DNA of 64,000 nucleotides, from IMG/VR virus record IMGVR_UViG_2728369482_000003, positions 32,001-96,000 of that record; one strand, given 5' to 3'. Origin of the DNA: a virus. Taxonomy: Duplodnaviria; Caudoviricetes. Numbering within the stretch: position 1 is the stretch's first letter; each line of letters begins with the position of its first letter. This document shows, one piece after another, positions 19,101 to 27,930 of this stretch. The notes beneath the pieces were generated by a model. It saw only the letters and a list, made by a program, of their open reading frames with translations. It searched no databases and was not told the origin of the DNA. Position numbers and translations under genes: made by a program.

Positions 19101-20635
19101 TCCCGTACTTTCTCTGTGAATCATCGGTCAACCTGGATCTTCGGCGGGCGGATGATTTGCTGGAAGGCGGGTTTTATCCACTGACCGATCCCTTCCAGTG
19201 GACCCAGGAAAACCAGGTTCCCATCGATCGGGACAACACCTACCTCTATGATAAAGCCTACTCGGCTCCACTGCGGCAGAACCGGCTACTGACTTACCCG
19301 GATTTTCAGCTGTACAACCAGTACTACGACCAGTTTCATCCCAACCGGACGATCTACTCTGAACCCGACGAGTTCCGTTACAGCAAAGCCCTCAACAGTT
19401 ACGATTTTGGTCTCGAGCAGGGAAAGCTCATCGGGCTGACGGCCCTGGAAGCCGGTAAAATCCTGGCCCGCTTTACGGGAGGTAGTTCGGTTTACAATGC
19501 CTACGATACGCTGCCCGTCGGAGCCAAAACCGTCGAGCTGGGCAACGGGGGCATGTTTGCTACCCGGCCCCAGCAGTTTATTGCCGTGGACGGGGGAGCC
19601 ATTGGGGCCCAGCACCGGGAGCTGATCCGTACTCCCTACGGAGTGGTCTGGGCCGACAGCAGCCGGGGAGCTTTGTATTTGCTGGCTCCGGGGGATATTC
19701 CCCAGAATCTGGCCCAGGGTCCCCTGGAATTCTGGCTGCGGGAACACCTACCGGCCAAACTCAAAACGCTTTATCCGGCCCTGCCGGAAGAAGCCCTGCC
19801 GATCCGGCTGGTCTATGATGACGTCAACCACCGGCTGCTACTGAGCCGGGCCGACTACTACCCAATCGTTTCAGGTATGGTGTACCGGGCGGATCAGGGC
19901 GTATTTTCCCTGAATGGTCCCCCGGTTCGCTTATCCGATTCGACAAAGTTCGAGAACCGGAGCTGGACGATCGGTTATCATTTTCCGACCAAAACCTGGG
20001 CCTACTACAGTTTCAGCCCCAGTCGATATCTGGGCTGGCCGGGTGGTTTTGTTTCCTACTACGAGCCGGGTATGACCGGCGGGAAAGGGGGCTGGATTCA
20101 CCGCAACAGCCGGCTGAAGTACCAGCGGTTCGGGGGTAAACCTTATCCGTTCATGCTGACCATCCATACCGGTCAGCAGGTTTCTTCGGTTCGGCTGGCC
20201 AGTCTGAGCTACGGACACGACGTTCGGCTTTACCGGGCGGGGACGGATGCTTACCAGCAGCTCGACGGGCAAACCTATGATCAACTGGTAGTTACCACTG
20301 ACCGGCAGACATCGGGTATCATCTCGCTGGCTCCGGCTACCGGTGGATCCATGCGGGCTTTGATCAATCCGGGTCCCCGGCTGGTGCAGGTTCAGAGCGG
20401 CATCTGGAACATCAACGGTATCCTGGACAAAACCGTAGCCGGGCAGCCCCTGTGGCTGACGGATCCGTCGGGTACGGTTCGGTTCGTCAACGATGCAGCG
20501 GTTCGCAATCCGATCCGTTCGTTCGACAAATCAGCCCTGATCGGATCGGGTTTTAGTTTCAGTTTCATCCAGAACAGCCGGTTCGACCGGCAATTCATTC
20601 ATCAGTTCGTTACCCCCGAGTTTAAACCGGTATGA
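16172..20635 (+). CDS. Tail stabilisation/muzzle protein (P22 gp10-like, crAss type)
   Basis: 1487 aa; DGRNPDRRI, YPRDEV, CGTPIRHHK, FHSPDTHF, FGGDTFI and SWTIGY motifs. Confidence 0.85.
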   Translation: MEPIRSSSDQGLSPDTHPIQQKPGVTYVLNGRAESHPTGSYQWSNEPASELAFLLPDGYTLYGTLRIAELARTLLFTGNGNLSRIDQVGHNLGPEVSDESVPVGTVINLLSSACLDFSSELSLAYQLKNDSLFIYLADGRNPDRRIRLAVNVAGQLSLHTDSRTITGRGPCQEPQYGNSLDCDRCRLDPLASLPHVSIGSVNTGGSFETGAVQVRAAYATAQGERLTEFGSGSRLIPLFDGPLISKPGIVSSKSITCQLLAPSDTIYTHVVLGVLLNIGGQVTTYQTDVYPITGQQIVLQGNETRFPLSLAELLEVRTHYDHSDGLTIGANRLLRWGLAEKAISNLQKYLLTIPVQWQTTRLREGAYGDPLVAAQFKTYPRDEVIGLGIVFEYNDGDETGVFHLPGRPSVSTDWTTDISADGLSLDTTGSGVPRWKVRSTATLNFAPRNPEPGALWESGSMGYWESSLRYPNRPEVWGELCGTPIRHHKLPSSAVTHIHDGLVTGNTAPALTKGANYIYPLGIQIDPALIRQAVQRAEADGVVKPGLISRFRIVRADRTGQASVVARGALFNLNSYQHKAKTVYYPNYPFNDRRTDPLLSVEDYSYGDSVQGTLAAQTPLPFTPSNRYTFHSPDTHFTTAGRADYLQIETEEVGQMQGEFRLAEGQAEQKLFNRLLGQIAFDLTATSISRDGDPVLLILRILAESETYKTLLKSAIPYENQSTQFTGVGYYNGYKLNTSPGSSIRPLEQQVYLEPAVQQVGPDLINNRFRERSVYLKTSDGGASGQTIQVTIGGATFTIPKPRFSTLPLPTVADTSRRTIYEAGGLNIEITEPVSLQYATLRVRKDAQYGNLSSMNYLEMGDAPVELSATGLVNYFGGDTFINRFSLKRKHSFFTQTWYKLPAGSSVNYTDLANVAYPTYVFNTSGLPTSVPDLGGIGSLVRTAVEASFGQVVTRLDQPVNKGLYQRGYVHLYSYGIPYFLCESSVNLDLRRADDLLEGGFYPLTDPFQWTQENQVPIDRDNTYLYDKAYSAPLRQNRLLTYPDFQLYNQYYDQFHPNRTIYSEPDEFRYSKALNSYDFGLEQGKLIGLTALEAGKILARFTGGSSVYNAYDTLPVGAKTVELGNGGMFATRPQQFIAVDGGAIGAQHRELIRTPYGVVWADSSRGALYLLAPGDIPQNLAQGPLEFWLREHLPAKLKTLYPALPEEALPIRLVYDDVNHRLLLSRADYYPIVSGMVYRADQGVFSLNGPPVRLSDSTKFENRSWTIGYHFPTKTWAYYSFSPSRYLGWPGGFVSYYEPGMTGGKGGWIHRNSRLKYQRFGGKPYPFMLTIHTGQQVSSVRLASLSYGHDVRLYRAGTDAYQQLDGQTYDQLVVTTDRQTSGIISLAPATGGSMRALINPGPRLVQVQSGIWNINGILDKTVAGQPLWLTDPSGTVRFVNDAAVRNPIRSFDKSALIGSGFSFSFIQNSRFDRQFIHQFVTPEFKPV

Positions 20636-22131
20636 TCGATTTTACCCAGCTTCTTTCCCTGGCACCGGCCAATGACGGAATCGATCTGTCGGGCTACGGA
20701 TTTGATTCGGCCGGGCAACAACCGGTCTCAATCGATACCGGCCGGGATCTTTCGGCAGAACCGGACGGCGATTCGGACGACGCGTATTTCCAGCAGGCCG
20801 AACAGCCCGTCTGGGACTACGATCCGACGGACGACGACGAGTTTGTCCGGCAGCTGCTGTATCAGCCGACGTACCGGTCCCGGGCTTTATCAATCCGGCC
20901 GGCGAGCCCGGACAACCAATCGGATTATTCCGGAATGCCGGGGAACAAGACTGGTCAATTTTATCGGACTACGAGGAATCTATCGGCTTTGGATGCGTTT
21001 CGATACTACACCGAGCAGAAGGGCCTGGCTCCCCACGTAGCCGCCGGTATCGTGGGTAATCTTCAGCAGGAATCAGGTTTTAATCCCCGGGCGGTGGGTG
21101 ATTCGGGGACGTCTCACGGGCTGGCCCAGTGGCATAACGAGCGGTGGCAGGGACTGCAGCAGGCAGCCCGACAGCAGGGCCGGGATCCCTACGATCCATA
21201 TTTCCAGCTGGACCACGTTCTCTCGGAACCGGGGGAATCGGCTTCGGTCTTAAACAAGTTAAACCAGACACGGACGGCTTCGGAAGCAGCCCGGGTTTTC
21301 GGCCGGAGCTACGAACGGTACAATCCGGTCCAGGCCAACGAAGCGGGTCGGGCGGCCTATGCCCGCCGGCTCCACGGAGAACCTTCCAGTCGGGAAACCT
21401 ACCAGGACGGTGGGTTGATTACGGGACTGATCGGTCAGGTAGCCGGCCAGGTAGTAAACTACGGACTGGAAAAGATATTCAACCCGACGGCATCTTCGGT
21501 TCCGGCCATCAACGGGTTTATTCAGCAGCAGCTGGGACAGGGTAATGTACAGGACCAGCAACTCCGGGCTTACCGAAATCAGCAGGAAGACGAGCTGAGT
21601 AACCCGGCCACCTACCAGCAGGGCGGGATGTCTCCCGGCTTTAACCAGCTCCGGGCCTACAAACCCCAGCTGGTGGGTGGTATTCCCCTGTCAGCAGCCG
21701 GAGCAACAGACTGGAAAACGAGCCAGTTGCAGAAGTTTGGCTTTTCCTATAACCAGGATAACACGGGCCGGGAGCTGATCAACTACTCGATGAAGACCCT
21801 GGGTAACAACGTGACCGGTAAAGCCTACGGGAATGATCCATTGAAACCGGCTACTGGTCTGCAGCCCGTTCAACCGGCGGCTCCCCAGCAACAGGCTCCG
21901 GTTATCAAGGCCCCCACGGGCTGGCTGGATGCGCTACTCAATCCGGGTATTCCGGTAGCTGTTCAGGCGGCTTCGGCCCTGGCCCTGAACGGACAGGCTC
22001 AGCAGCAGCGGGCCCTGGAGTGGAATAAACTCAAGGATCTTCCGTACCAGAAAGTACGGGCGGCCCAGCCCATTACCGGTACGGCACAACCCCTTTACGC
22101 CCGGTACGGGTATAATTCCTATGACTGCTAG
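20632..22131 (+). CDS. Virion cargo protein with a phage tail-type lysozyme domain
   Basis: AAGIVGNLQQESGFNP, GLAQW and YER motifs of Phage_lysozyme2; acidic N-terminus. Confidence 0.8.
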   Translation: MIDFTQLLSLAPANDGIDLSGYGFDSAGQQPVSIDTGRDLSAEPDGDSDDAYFQQAEQPVWDYDPTDDDEFVRQLLYQPTYRSRALSIRPASPDNQSDYSGMPGNKTGQFYRTTRNLSALDAFRYYTEQKGLAPHVAAGIVGNLQQESGFNPRAVGDSGTSHGLAQWHNERWQGLQQAARQQGRDPYDPYFQLDHVLSEPGESASVLNKLNQTRTASEAARVFGRSYERYNPVQANEAGRAAYARRLHGEPSSRETYQDGGLITGLIGQVAGQVVNYGLEKIFNPTASSVPAINGFIQQQLGQGNVQDQQLRAYRNQQEDELSNPATYQQGGMSPGFNQLRAYKPQLVGGIPLSAAGATDWKTSQLQKFGFSYNQDNTGRELINYSMKTLGNNVTGKAYGNDPLKPATGLQPVQPAAPQQQAPVIKAPTGWLDALLNPGIPVAVQAASALALNGQAQQQRALEWNKLKDLPYQKVRAAQPITGTAQPLYARYGYNSYDC

Positions 22132-22351
22132 TATCAAACCGATTGTTACGGAAGTCTCCGAGGAGCAGGTCCGGATGGTCAAGCTCTACAACGACGATCT
22201 CCGGCAGAGCATCAGCTGTCTTCGGGAACTACTCTCGGCCGGGGTTCGGACGGGTTCCGAGTTTCAGACCGAGTACACGTATATCCTGCCCGATGAGATC
22301 GACCGGGGGCTGGTACAGCAGAAAATTATGGAACTGCTCAAAAAGTTATGA
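22121..22351 (+). CDS. Small hypothetical protein
   Basis: 76 aa, overlapping both neighbours. Confidence 0.6.
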   Translation: MTASIKPIVTEVSEEQVRMVKLYNDDLRQSISCLRELLSAGVRTGSEFQTEYTYILPDEIDRGLVQQKIMELLKKL

Positions 22352-24414
22352 AGCTGAAACTAAAACAGTCGGGCGGTCCAGCTACCAATCAGGTAATCGT
22401 GGAAGCCGGTGAAATCGGCCGGGATTTGCAGGGTAATCTGGTTCAGATCGATTCTCAGGCTCCGTCCCATGACGATCCTAGGCTGATTCATTCCGGTGGG
22501 GTTAATTACGCACGGCCGGGTAAGGGTGGCGTACTGACCGATCAGCTCAAATCGATACTCTCTGATTCCCAAACTCAGATCAACCGGGGTGAGCGGAGTC
22601 AGAATCCGGCCGATGCTCAGATTGCCATTTCGGGTAAACAAGCTAACCAGCTAGGTAAAGAACTGGGGTTACCTGTCAAGATCCGTGGTTCGATATCCCC
22701 CAGTAAACTATTTCTTAGCCTGCAGACGGCCCGGGATAAAATGGCTAAAAAATACGTGTTGAAACCAAAACACCAGCAACTCTCGGGTAAAGCCTTTCAG
22801 ACCAGTCAGCACGTGAATGCCCTTCAGCAGCAGCAGCTACCGGACGATCAGGCCCTTTATAATCTGGTGTTCGGGATGCAGGAAGCCATGAAAAAACCGG
22901 AACCGGTAGCTACGGCCGTTATGCAGCAGGGTGGCCGGGTCAAGTTATCTACCCAGGGCTACAAACGAAATTCACCGGATAAGCACGAACCGGCTCTGGT
23001 GATCCCTTCCAACCAGATCACGATGGACGGAGTCGATCACGATATCCTGCTCTACGGGGACGGAGGTGAGGTGATTCACGCTACTCCGGACAAAGATTAC
23101 TACCTACCCAACTCCAGTCAGGTGCTGGAGATCCCATTAGGGCAGCAGGGTTACCACCGACCCTCGGTGAGCAACGGACAACGAGATCCGGTGACGGGCC
23201 GGGTATTGTTTCCTGCGGATGGACCCCTGCCAGTAATTGGTAAACCGGGCCAGTTCGATTATTCCCAGTCAGCCATCGATCAGTGGGCCACTGGAACCCT
23301 GCCGGCTCCGGTTAAACCGGCTCCTGTCAAAAAAACAGCTGGTAAACTAAACCCGAAAACTAGGGGAGTCAACCGGCCTACCCCTACCCGTCCGGTAACC
23401 CGGCAGGCTCAGGCAGCCGGTCTGTCCAAAACCGATTATTCGGCTTTTCTGCCCGATCCATCAGGTGATCCCACAGTTCCGCTGGTAGCTCCCCAAACCT
23501 ACGCTCCAGGTCAGATTCAAGCCGATTCCCTGGAACGGACCATGACTCCGGTTCGTACCGAGTCGGGTGTACCCGTCCAGTCGATCGTAGCCGGTGAACC
23601 AATTATTTCCAGTCTGGATAGCCGGGTAGCCGAACGTCGGCCCGGTCAAAAATACGTGGATGAGCTGAATCCATTCCGGCCCCGGTCCGAGCAGTTCATG
23701 GGGGATCTGTACAACCTGCTGGATGCCCAGACCCGTCAGCCGGGATACCTTCAACAAATGGACTACGTACCCCTGCACCTGGACCGGGTAAACCCTACGG
23801 CCAGCCGGCAAGCAATACAGGATGCCTACCAGGCGGCTAATCAGTCGATACCGGATCCGGGTACCCAAATCGGCCGGGCCCAGCAGGTAGCCCAGTACAG
23901 TAGCTACCTGGACAGTCTGAATCAGCTCAACGGACAGATCGACGGGCAGAACGTACAGATCGGCAACCAGGAGAACCAGTACAACCAGGCCGCCCGGCAG
24001 CAGATCGAGAGTCAGAATGCCCAGCTGCGGGATCAGTTCTACGTCCGGGACTTGCAGACCGAAGAAGCCCGCCGGCAGCAGACCTCGGCCAGTCTGAACA
24101 GTATTACCGGTAAGCTAAGTCAGGCCCGTCAGCAGATGGCCAACTACGACCTGTTTAAGTCGGCTTTTGCTCCCCGGTATAAAGTCAACGGGGACGGCAA
24201 GCTGGTCCTGGACAGCTCGGCTCCTCCGGTTCAATTCGGTCAGAAAGCCGTTCCAGCCAGTCCGAATGAACTGACAACGACGGAGACCACCCTGGACAAA
24301 GACGGTAAACCGGTCAAGACCCGGATCACCAAAAAAGAACTGGACTTTCTTACCCAGAACCGGGGCATCCTGCAACGACTCGGTCAGCTGGGAGCCCTGA
24401 AAGCTATCTACTGA
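22348..24414 (+). CDS. Virion cargo/ejection protein
   Basis: 688 aa; VEAGE..APSH N-terminal motif, GYKRNSPD..IPSNQITM domain, Gln/Asn-rich coiled coil. Confidence 0.7.
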   Translation: MKLKLKQSGGPATNQVIVEAGEIGRDLQGNLVQIDSQAPSHDDPRLIHSGGVNYARPGKGGVLTDQLKSILSDSQTQINRGERSQNPADAQIAISGKQANQLGKELGLPVKIRGSISPSKLFLSLQTARDKMAKKYVLKPKHQQLSGKAFQTSQHVNALQQQQLPDDQALYNLVFGMQEAMKKPEPVATAVMQQGGRVKLSTQGYKRNSPDKHEPALVIPSNQITMDGVDHDILLYGDGGEVIHATPDKDYYLPNSSQVLEIPLGQQGYHRPSVSNGQRDPVTGRVLFPADGPLPVIGKPGQFDYSQSAIDQWATGTLPAPVKPAPVKKTAGKLNPKTRGVNRPTPTRPVTRQAQAAGLSKTDYSAFLPDPSGDPTVPLVAPQTYAPGQIQADSLERTMTPVRTESGVPVQSIVAGEPIISSLDSRVAERRPGQKYVDELNPFRPRSEQFMGDLYNLLDAQTRQPGYLQQMDYVPLHLDRVNPTASRQAIQDAYQAANQSIPDPGTQIGRAQQVAQYSSYLDSLNQLNGQIDGQNVQIGNQENQYNQAARQQIESQNAQLRDQFYVRDLQTEEARRQQTSASLNSITGKLSQARQQMANYDLFKSAFAPRYKVNGDGKLVLDSSAPPVQFGQKAVPASPNELTTTETTLDKDGKPVKTRITKKELDFLTQNRGILQRLGQLGALKAIY

Positions 24415-24469
24415 TTTCCCAGCCAGTTCTTCTGAATTCAGTCCCTTTCCTTTTTTCTCTTTTCTCAAC

Positions 24470-24796
24470 GTGATTGAATTCGTCAAAACCCTGGGTATCC
24501 TGCTGGATAACTTTCCCCCCGTGATTCTGAGTCTGCTGGCCGTCCCGGCCGGGGCCCTGATTTTCGGACTCATCCAGAAACAGCGGGGTATCATCAAGAC
24601 CCCGAAGGAGCTGGTGGAAACGATCTTTATCGGTACGGTAACCGGCGGCTTCTGCGGGGCTCTGATTGCTCCCATGATCGGTTCGGTCACCAACCTGCCG
24701 GGCTACTGTTCCTCCTTTGTTTCGGGGGCTTCGGGCCACTGGATCGCCACCACCCTGCTACCCAAAAAGCAGGATGATTACTTACACAAACCCTAA
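24470..24796 (+). CDS. Putative holin
   Basis: 108 aa, three hydrophobic segments, charged C-terminal tail. Confidence 0.55.
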   Translation: MIEFVKTLGILLDNFPPVILSLLAVPAGALIFGLIQKQRGIIKTPKELVETIFIGTVTGGFCGALIAPMIGSVTNLPGYCSSFVSGASGHWIATTLLPKKQDDYLHKP

Positions 24797-24810
24797 TCCG
24801 TCCATTACCG

Positions 24811-25632
24811 ATGATCTACGGTACTGAAGAAGCCTTTATCTGGCTTACTGTCCTGCTGGGCCTTGTCAACGTATTTTTCCTCTACATCCGCTGGGACCGG
24901 ACCCATGAGCTATCTACCGGTCACGACCGGGTGGGGCTTATCAGTTGTTTTGGCAGCGGGCTGTGTCTGCTGATCTGTGCCCTGACGCCCAGTCTGGCCT
25001 ACCTGTTTATCTGGCTGGGACTTGGCTTTCTGGGGCTGAGTCTGGGTTACGAGTACTGGTACTTTGGTAAGTACCCGGTTAAAGTCGTCAAGATCGACAC
25101 TATTCCGGCTTACAAACCCCGGTTACACTGGGTAGCCGATCTGGTCGAAGCCAACCCGGATCCGATCCGACCCAAACCCTTCTGGCAGCGGCCGTTTTCG
25201 AGGGCTGAAGTCAGCTGGGGTATCTGCTTTTTTCTGATCGTCTTCGGCTTCGACCGGGTCATGACGGCCCTGGCCTACAAGGATAACGAAGTGATTGCCG
25301 CTAAACGGGAAAGCTCCCAGGTCGTTAAATCCGTCGTCAGTCAGCAGGGAGCCCGGACCCGTTCGGCCATTGCCCAGGCGGTGGATTCCCTCCGACAAAC
25401 CGATACGGTTATTTTGAACGGAATGCTCTACTACCGGATTCACCTTCAGCACCTGGACCAGCAGCAAAAGTTGGGAGACCGGCCGAAGCTGGGCAGCATA
25501 AAACCCAGACGGTCCGGAAAACTCAGCTACCCGGTTCAACCGATTGCTCCCAGCTTCGAGCAGCTGGATTCCCTGAGTAGTCCTGGTCAGTACGCCCTCT
25601 TACCCCCCGATACGCTGCGGATTCAGTTTTAG
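24811..25632 (+). CDS. Membrane protein (lysis-module associated)
   Basis: 273 aa; four TM segments and a soluble C-terminus. Confidence 0.55.
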   Translation: MIYGTEEAFIWLTVLLGLVNVFFLYIRWDRTHELSTGHDRVGLISCFGSGLCLLICALTPSLAYLFIWLGLGFLGLSLGYEYWYFGKYPVKVVKIDTIPAYKPRLHWVADLVEANPDPIRPKPFWQRPFSRAEVSWGICFFLIVFGFDRVMTALAYKDNEVIAAKRESSQVVKSVVSQQGARTRSAIAQAVDSLRQTDTVILNGMLYYRIHLQHLDQQQKLGDRPKLGSIKPRRSGKLSYPVQPIAPSFEQLDSLSSPGQYALLPPDTLRIQF

Positions 25633-25650
25633 AAACCGGACTGCTCAATT

Positions 25651-25692
25651 GATTCAGTCTATCTCACCTACTTCACCCAGGCTTTATTTTTA
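25651..25692 (+). promoter_or_regulatory. Putative late promoter, degenerate copy
   Basis: GATTCAGT (TCAG at 25654) and TATTTTTA at 25685 (31 nt offset); ATG at 25699. Confidence 0.45.
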
Positions 25693-25698
25693 GCTTTT

Positions 25699-27822
25699 AT
25701 GGCTGCTTTATTCAATAACCCCAACGGCTATGGACTGGAACGGGAAATTCAGGAAACCATGCGGGAATCCGATATTCTGGGTCAAGATGGTACACAGTAC
25801 CGGTTTACGGCAGAAGACCGGGCCAAACTCAATACTGTTGTTTCTAATAGTTTGACGTGGCGGGGAGTTTGGACGGCCCATACGGTATACGCGGTGAATG
25901 ATACGGTAACAAACAACGGAAACACCTATCGACGATTGGTAGCGGGCACATCAGGAGCTAGTTTCGACCCGGCGATGTGGGAACTACTGGCCGCGAAGGG
26001 GGACACGGGTGAAATTACGAAAGCTACTCTTGACTCCGCCATATCGGGGGTGTTTTCTCCTCCTGCAATCGACGGGTATCTCTACCGGGCAAAGAACAAC
26101 AACCTGAACCTAGTACAACCCTGCTTCGCTTTCGACCTGTCTGCAATCGCCTGGTCATCAGGGGCCAGTTTCACGTTTTCCTGCAAAATTGTTTCCAAGT
26201 CGGGCAACATCGTCTCTACTCCCCAGATTCGCACGTTCTGGAATGGTGTTTCTACAATCAACGACATTACGGGACCGTCACTTAACATATCGAAGTCCAC
26301 GACATTACCAGCTAACCAGACCATCAGTTATGCAGTAAGCGGCACTAGCAATTTCTCCAAAACCAGCTACGTGCATGTGTTTCTGGACGTGTCACTAACC
26401 GACGGAACAGTGTCGAGCGACCTGTTAATCTACGATGTAGCATTCACGGTTTCGGGTATGCCCGGCCCAAAGCTACCGGGATCGGACCTCTACCGAGCGA
26501 ACGGAACCGACACGATAACGGCTGTCACGACCCTGACCGAAGCGGCAGCTACGAAAACGTACGTGGACCAGAAAAAGGTAGAGGCACTGGCCTATACCGA
26601 TGCAGTGGTTGGACCCTTGAAGTCTAACCCTGTCGTCGGGAGTCGATACACCGGAGTGGCGAACACGGTCAATCCTACCTTAATGCAGCCGATCATCGTC
26701 TTCGATACTCAGGGGATCAACTGGGCAGTCAACGATGCTATTGCGTTCACCTGTAAGCTAATCTCCCGTAGTGGCAACATCACCAACATCGCCACTACCC
26801 GCGTGTTCGTGAATGACGTAGCCGCACTGGACAGTACGGGTGGAAGCTCTGGCAACATGGGATCGGCTTCCGCCAGTCCGGGGACGGATACAGCATTAGT
26901 CTACACGGCAACCAGGGCAGCAGCGGTGAAGGCTCGTTACATCCACGTCTATATCGACGTGACACTAACCGCTCCGACGACTCCAACTACGTTCGACATC
27001 TACGATGCAGCCCTGACGGTTAAAGGTATTTCAACCGTGCGGGTAGCGGGATCGGCCCTCTATATGGCTAACGCGAACGATACTGTTACTTCGTTTTCCT
27101 ATTTCGATAATCAGTTAGCCAATGTCGGCTACGTAAATACGCAGCGAGATGCCGCAAAAACCTACGCGGATAGCCTGATCTCTAGCAAGCTGAAGGGGAA
27201 AAAGTGGAACGCACTGGGTGATAGTATCACCTATGGACATGGGGTCGGTGTGAACGGGACCTACCGGGCAATACTCGCACAACGTTGGGGCATGACAGCT
27301 CGAAACTACGGAATTTCGGGTACCTGCTTGGCTGGTACGAGTAACAGCTTCGGGGCGAGTATGGCAACCCGGTATAATGATATGGACAACGACGCGGACT
27401 ATATTACTGTGTTTGGCGGCACAAACGACTGGTCGGCAGCAATTCCTATAGGAGTGAATACAGACACGCCAGTGGATACGTTTAAAGGAGCTTTAAACGT
27501 ACTCTGCAAGGGGTTGATTGAGAAATATCCGACTAAGAAAATTGGATTCATTAGCCCTTTAAACCATAGAACGACCAACAATTCAGGAGGGCTGTCTGTC
27601 TTGAATTATGTAGACGCGACCATCGAAATATGTGGTTTGTGGGCAATCCCTGTGCTCGATCTATATCGTCGTGGTGGCGTTCTACCAATCAACTCGGTAC
27701 AAAGGGGTACCGTGATGTTCGATAGTAACAATGATGGTATAGGTGACGATGTTCAACATCCAGGCCCCGTGGGTCACGGAATGTTGGCTGACCGAATCGA
27801 AGCTTTTATGTTGATGCTCTGA
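25699..27822 (+). CDS. Tail-fibre-like SGNH esterase with a CBM5/12-like motif and a duplicated beta domain
   Basis: WRGVW..Y..ND.V motif; two copies of a ~170-aa domain; LGDSIT, GGTND and HP SGNH motifs. Confidence 0.75.
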   Translation: MAALFNNPNGYGLEREIQETMRESDILGQDGTQYRFTAEDRAKLNTVVSNSLTWRGVWTAHTVYAVNDTVTNNGNTYRRLVAGTSGASFDPAMWELLAAKGDTGEITKATLDSAISGVFSPPAIDGYLYRAKNNNLNLVQPCFAFDLSAIAWSSGASFTFSCKIVSKSGNIVSTPQIRTFWNGVSTINDITGPSLNISKSTTLPANQTISYAVSGTSNFSKTSYVHVFLDVSLTDGTVSSDLLIYDVAFTVSGMPGPKLPGSDLYRANGTDTITAVTTLTEAAATKTYVDQKKVEALAYTDAVVGPLKSNPVVGSRYTGVANTVNPTLMQPIIVFDTQGINWAVNDAIAFTCKLISRSGNITNIATTRVFVNDVAALDSTGGSSGNMGSASASPGTDTALVYTATRAAAVKARYIHVYIDVTLTAPTTPTTFDIYDAALTVKGISTVRVAGSALYMANANDTVTSFSYFDNQLANVGYVNTQRDAAKTYADSLISSKLKGKKWNALGDSITYGHGVGVNGTYRAILAQRWGMTARNYGISGTCLAGTSNSFGASMATRYNDMDNDADYITVFGGTNDWSAAIPIGVNTDTPVDTFKGALNVLCKGLIEKYPTKKIGFISPLNHRTTNNSGGLSVLNYVDATIEICGLWAIPVLDLYRRGGVLPINSVQRGTVMFDSNNDGIGDDVQHPGPVGHGMLADRIEAFMLML

Positions 27823-27853
27823 TATTTACTTAATCTGACTAGAATCTGTATAA

Positions 27854-27902
27854 CCTAAACGATTCAGGTTTCCTGCTGCCCACTAAAACCGGCTTACCTT
27901 AA
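27854..27902 (+). promoter_or_regulatory. Putative late promoter, copy 3
   Basis: CCTAAACGATTCAGG (TCAGG at 27864) and TACCTTAA at 27895 (31 nt offset). Confidence 0.6.
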
Positions 27903-27930
27903 CGGGTCTGCCGGTTTTCTTTATTTTTCT

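Noticed and set aside
24431-24470. ATTCAG upstream of the holin as another late promoter
   Set aside because: No TAnnTT box at the 31-32 nt offset.
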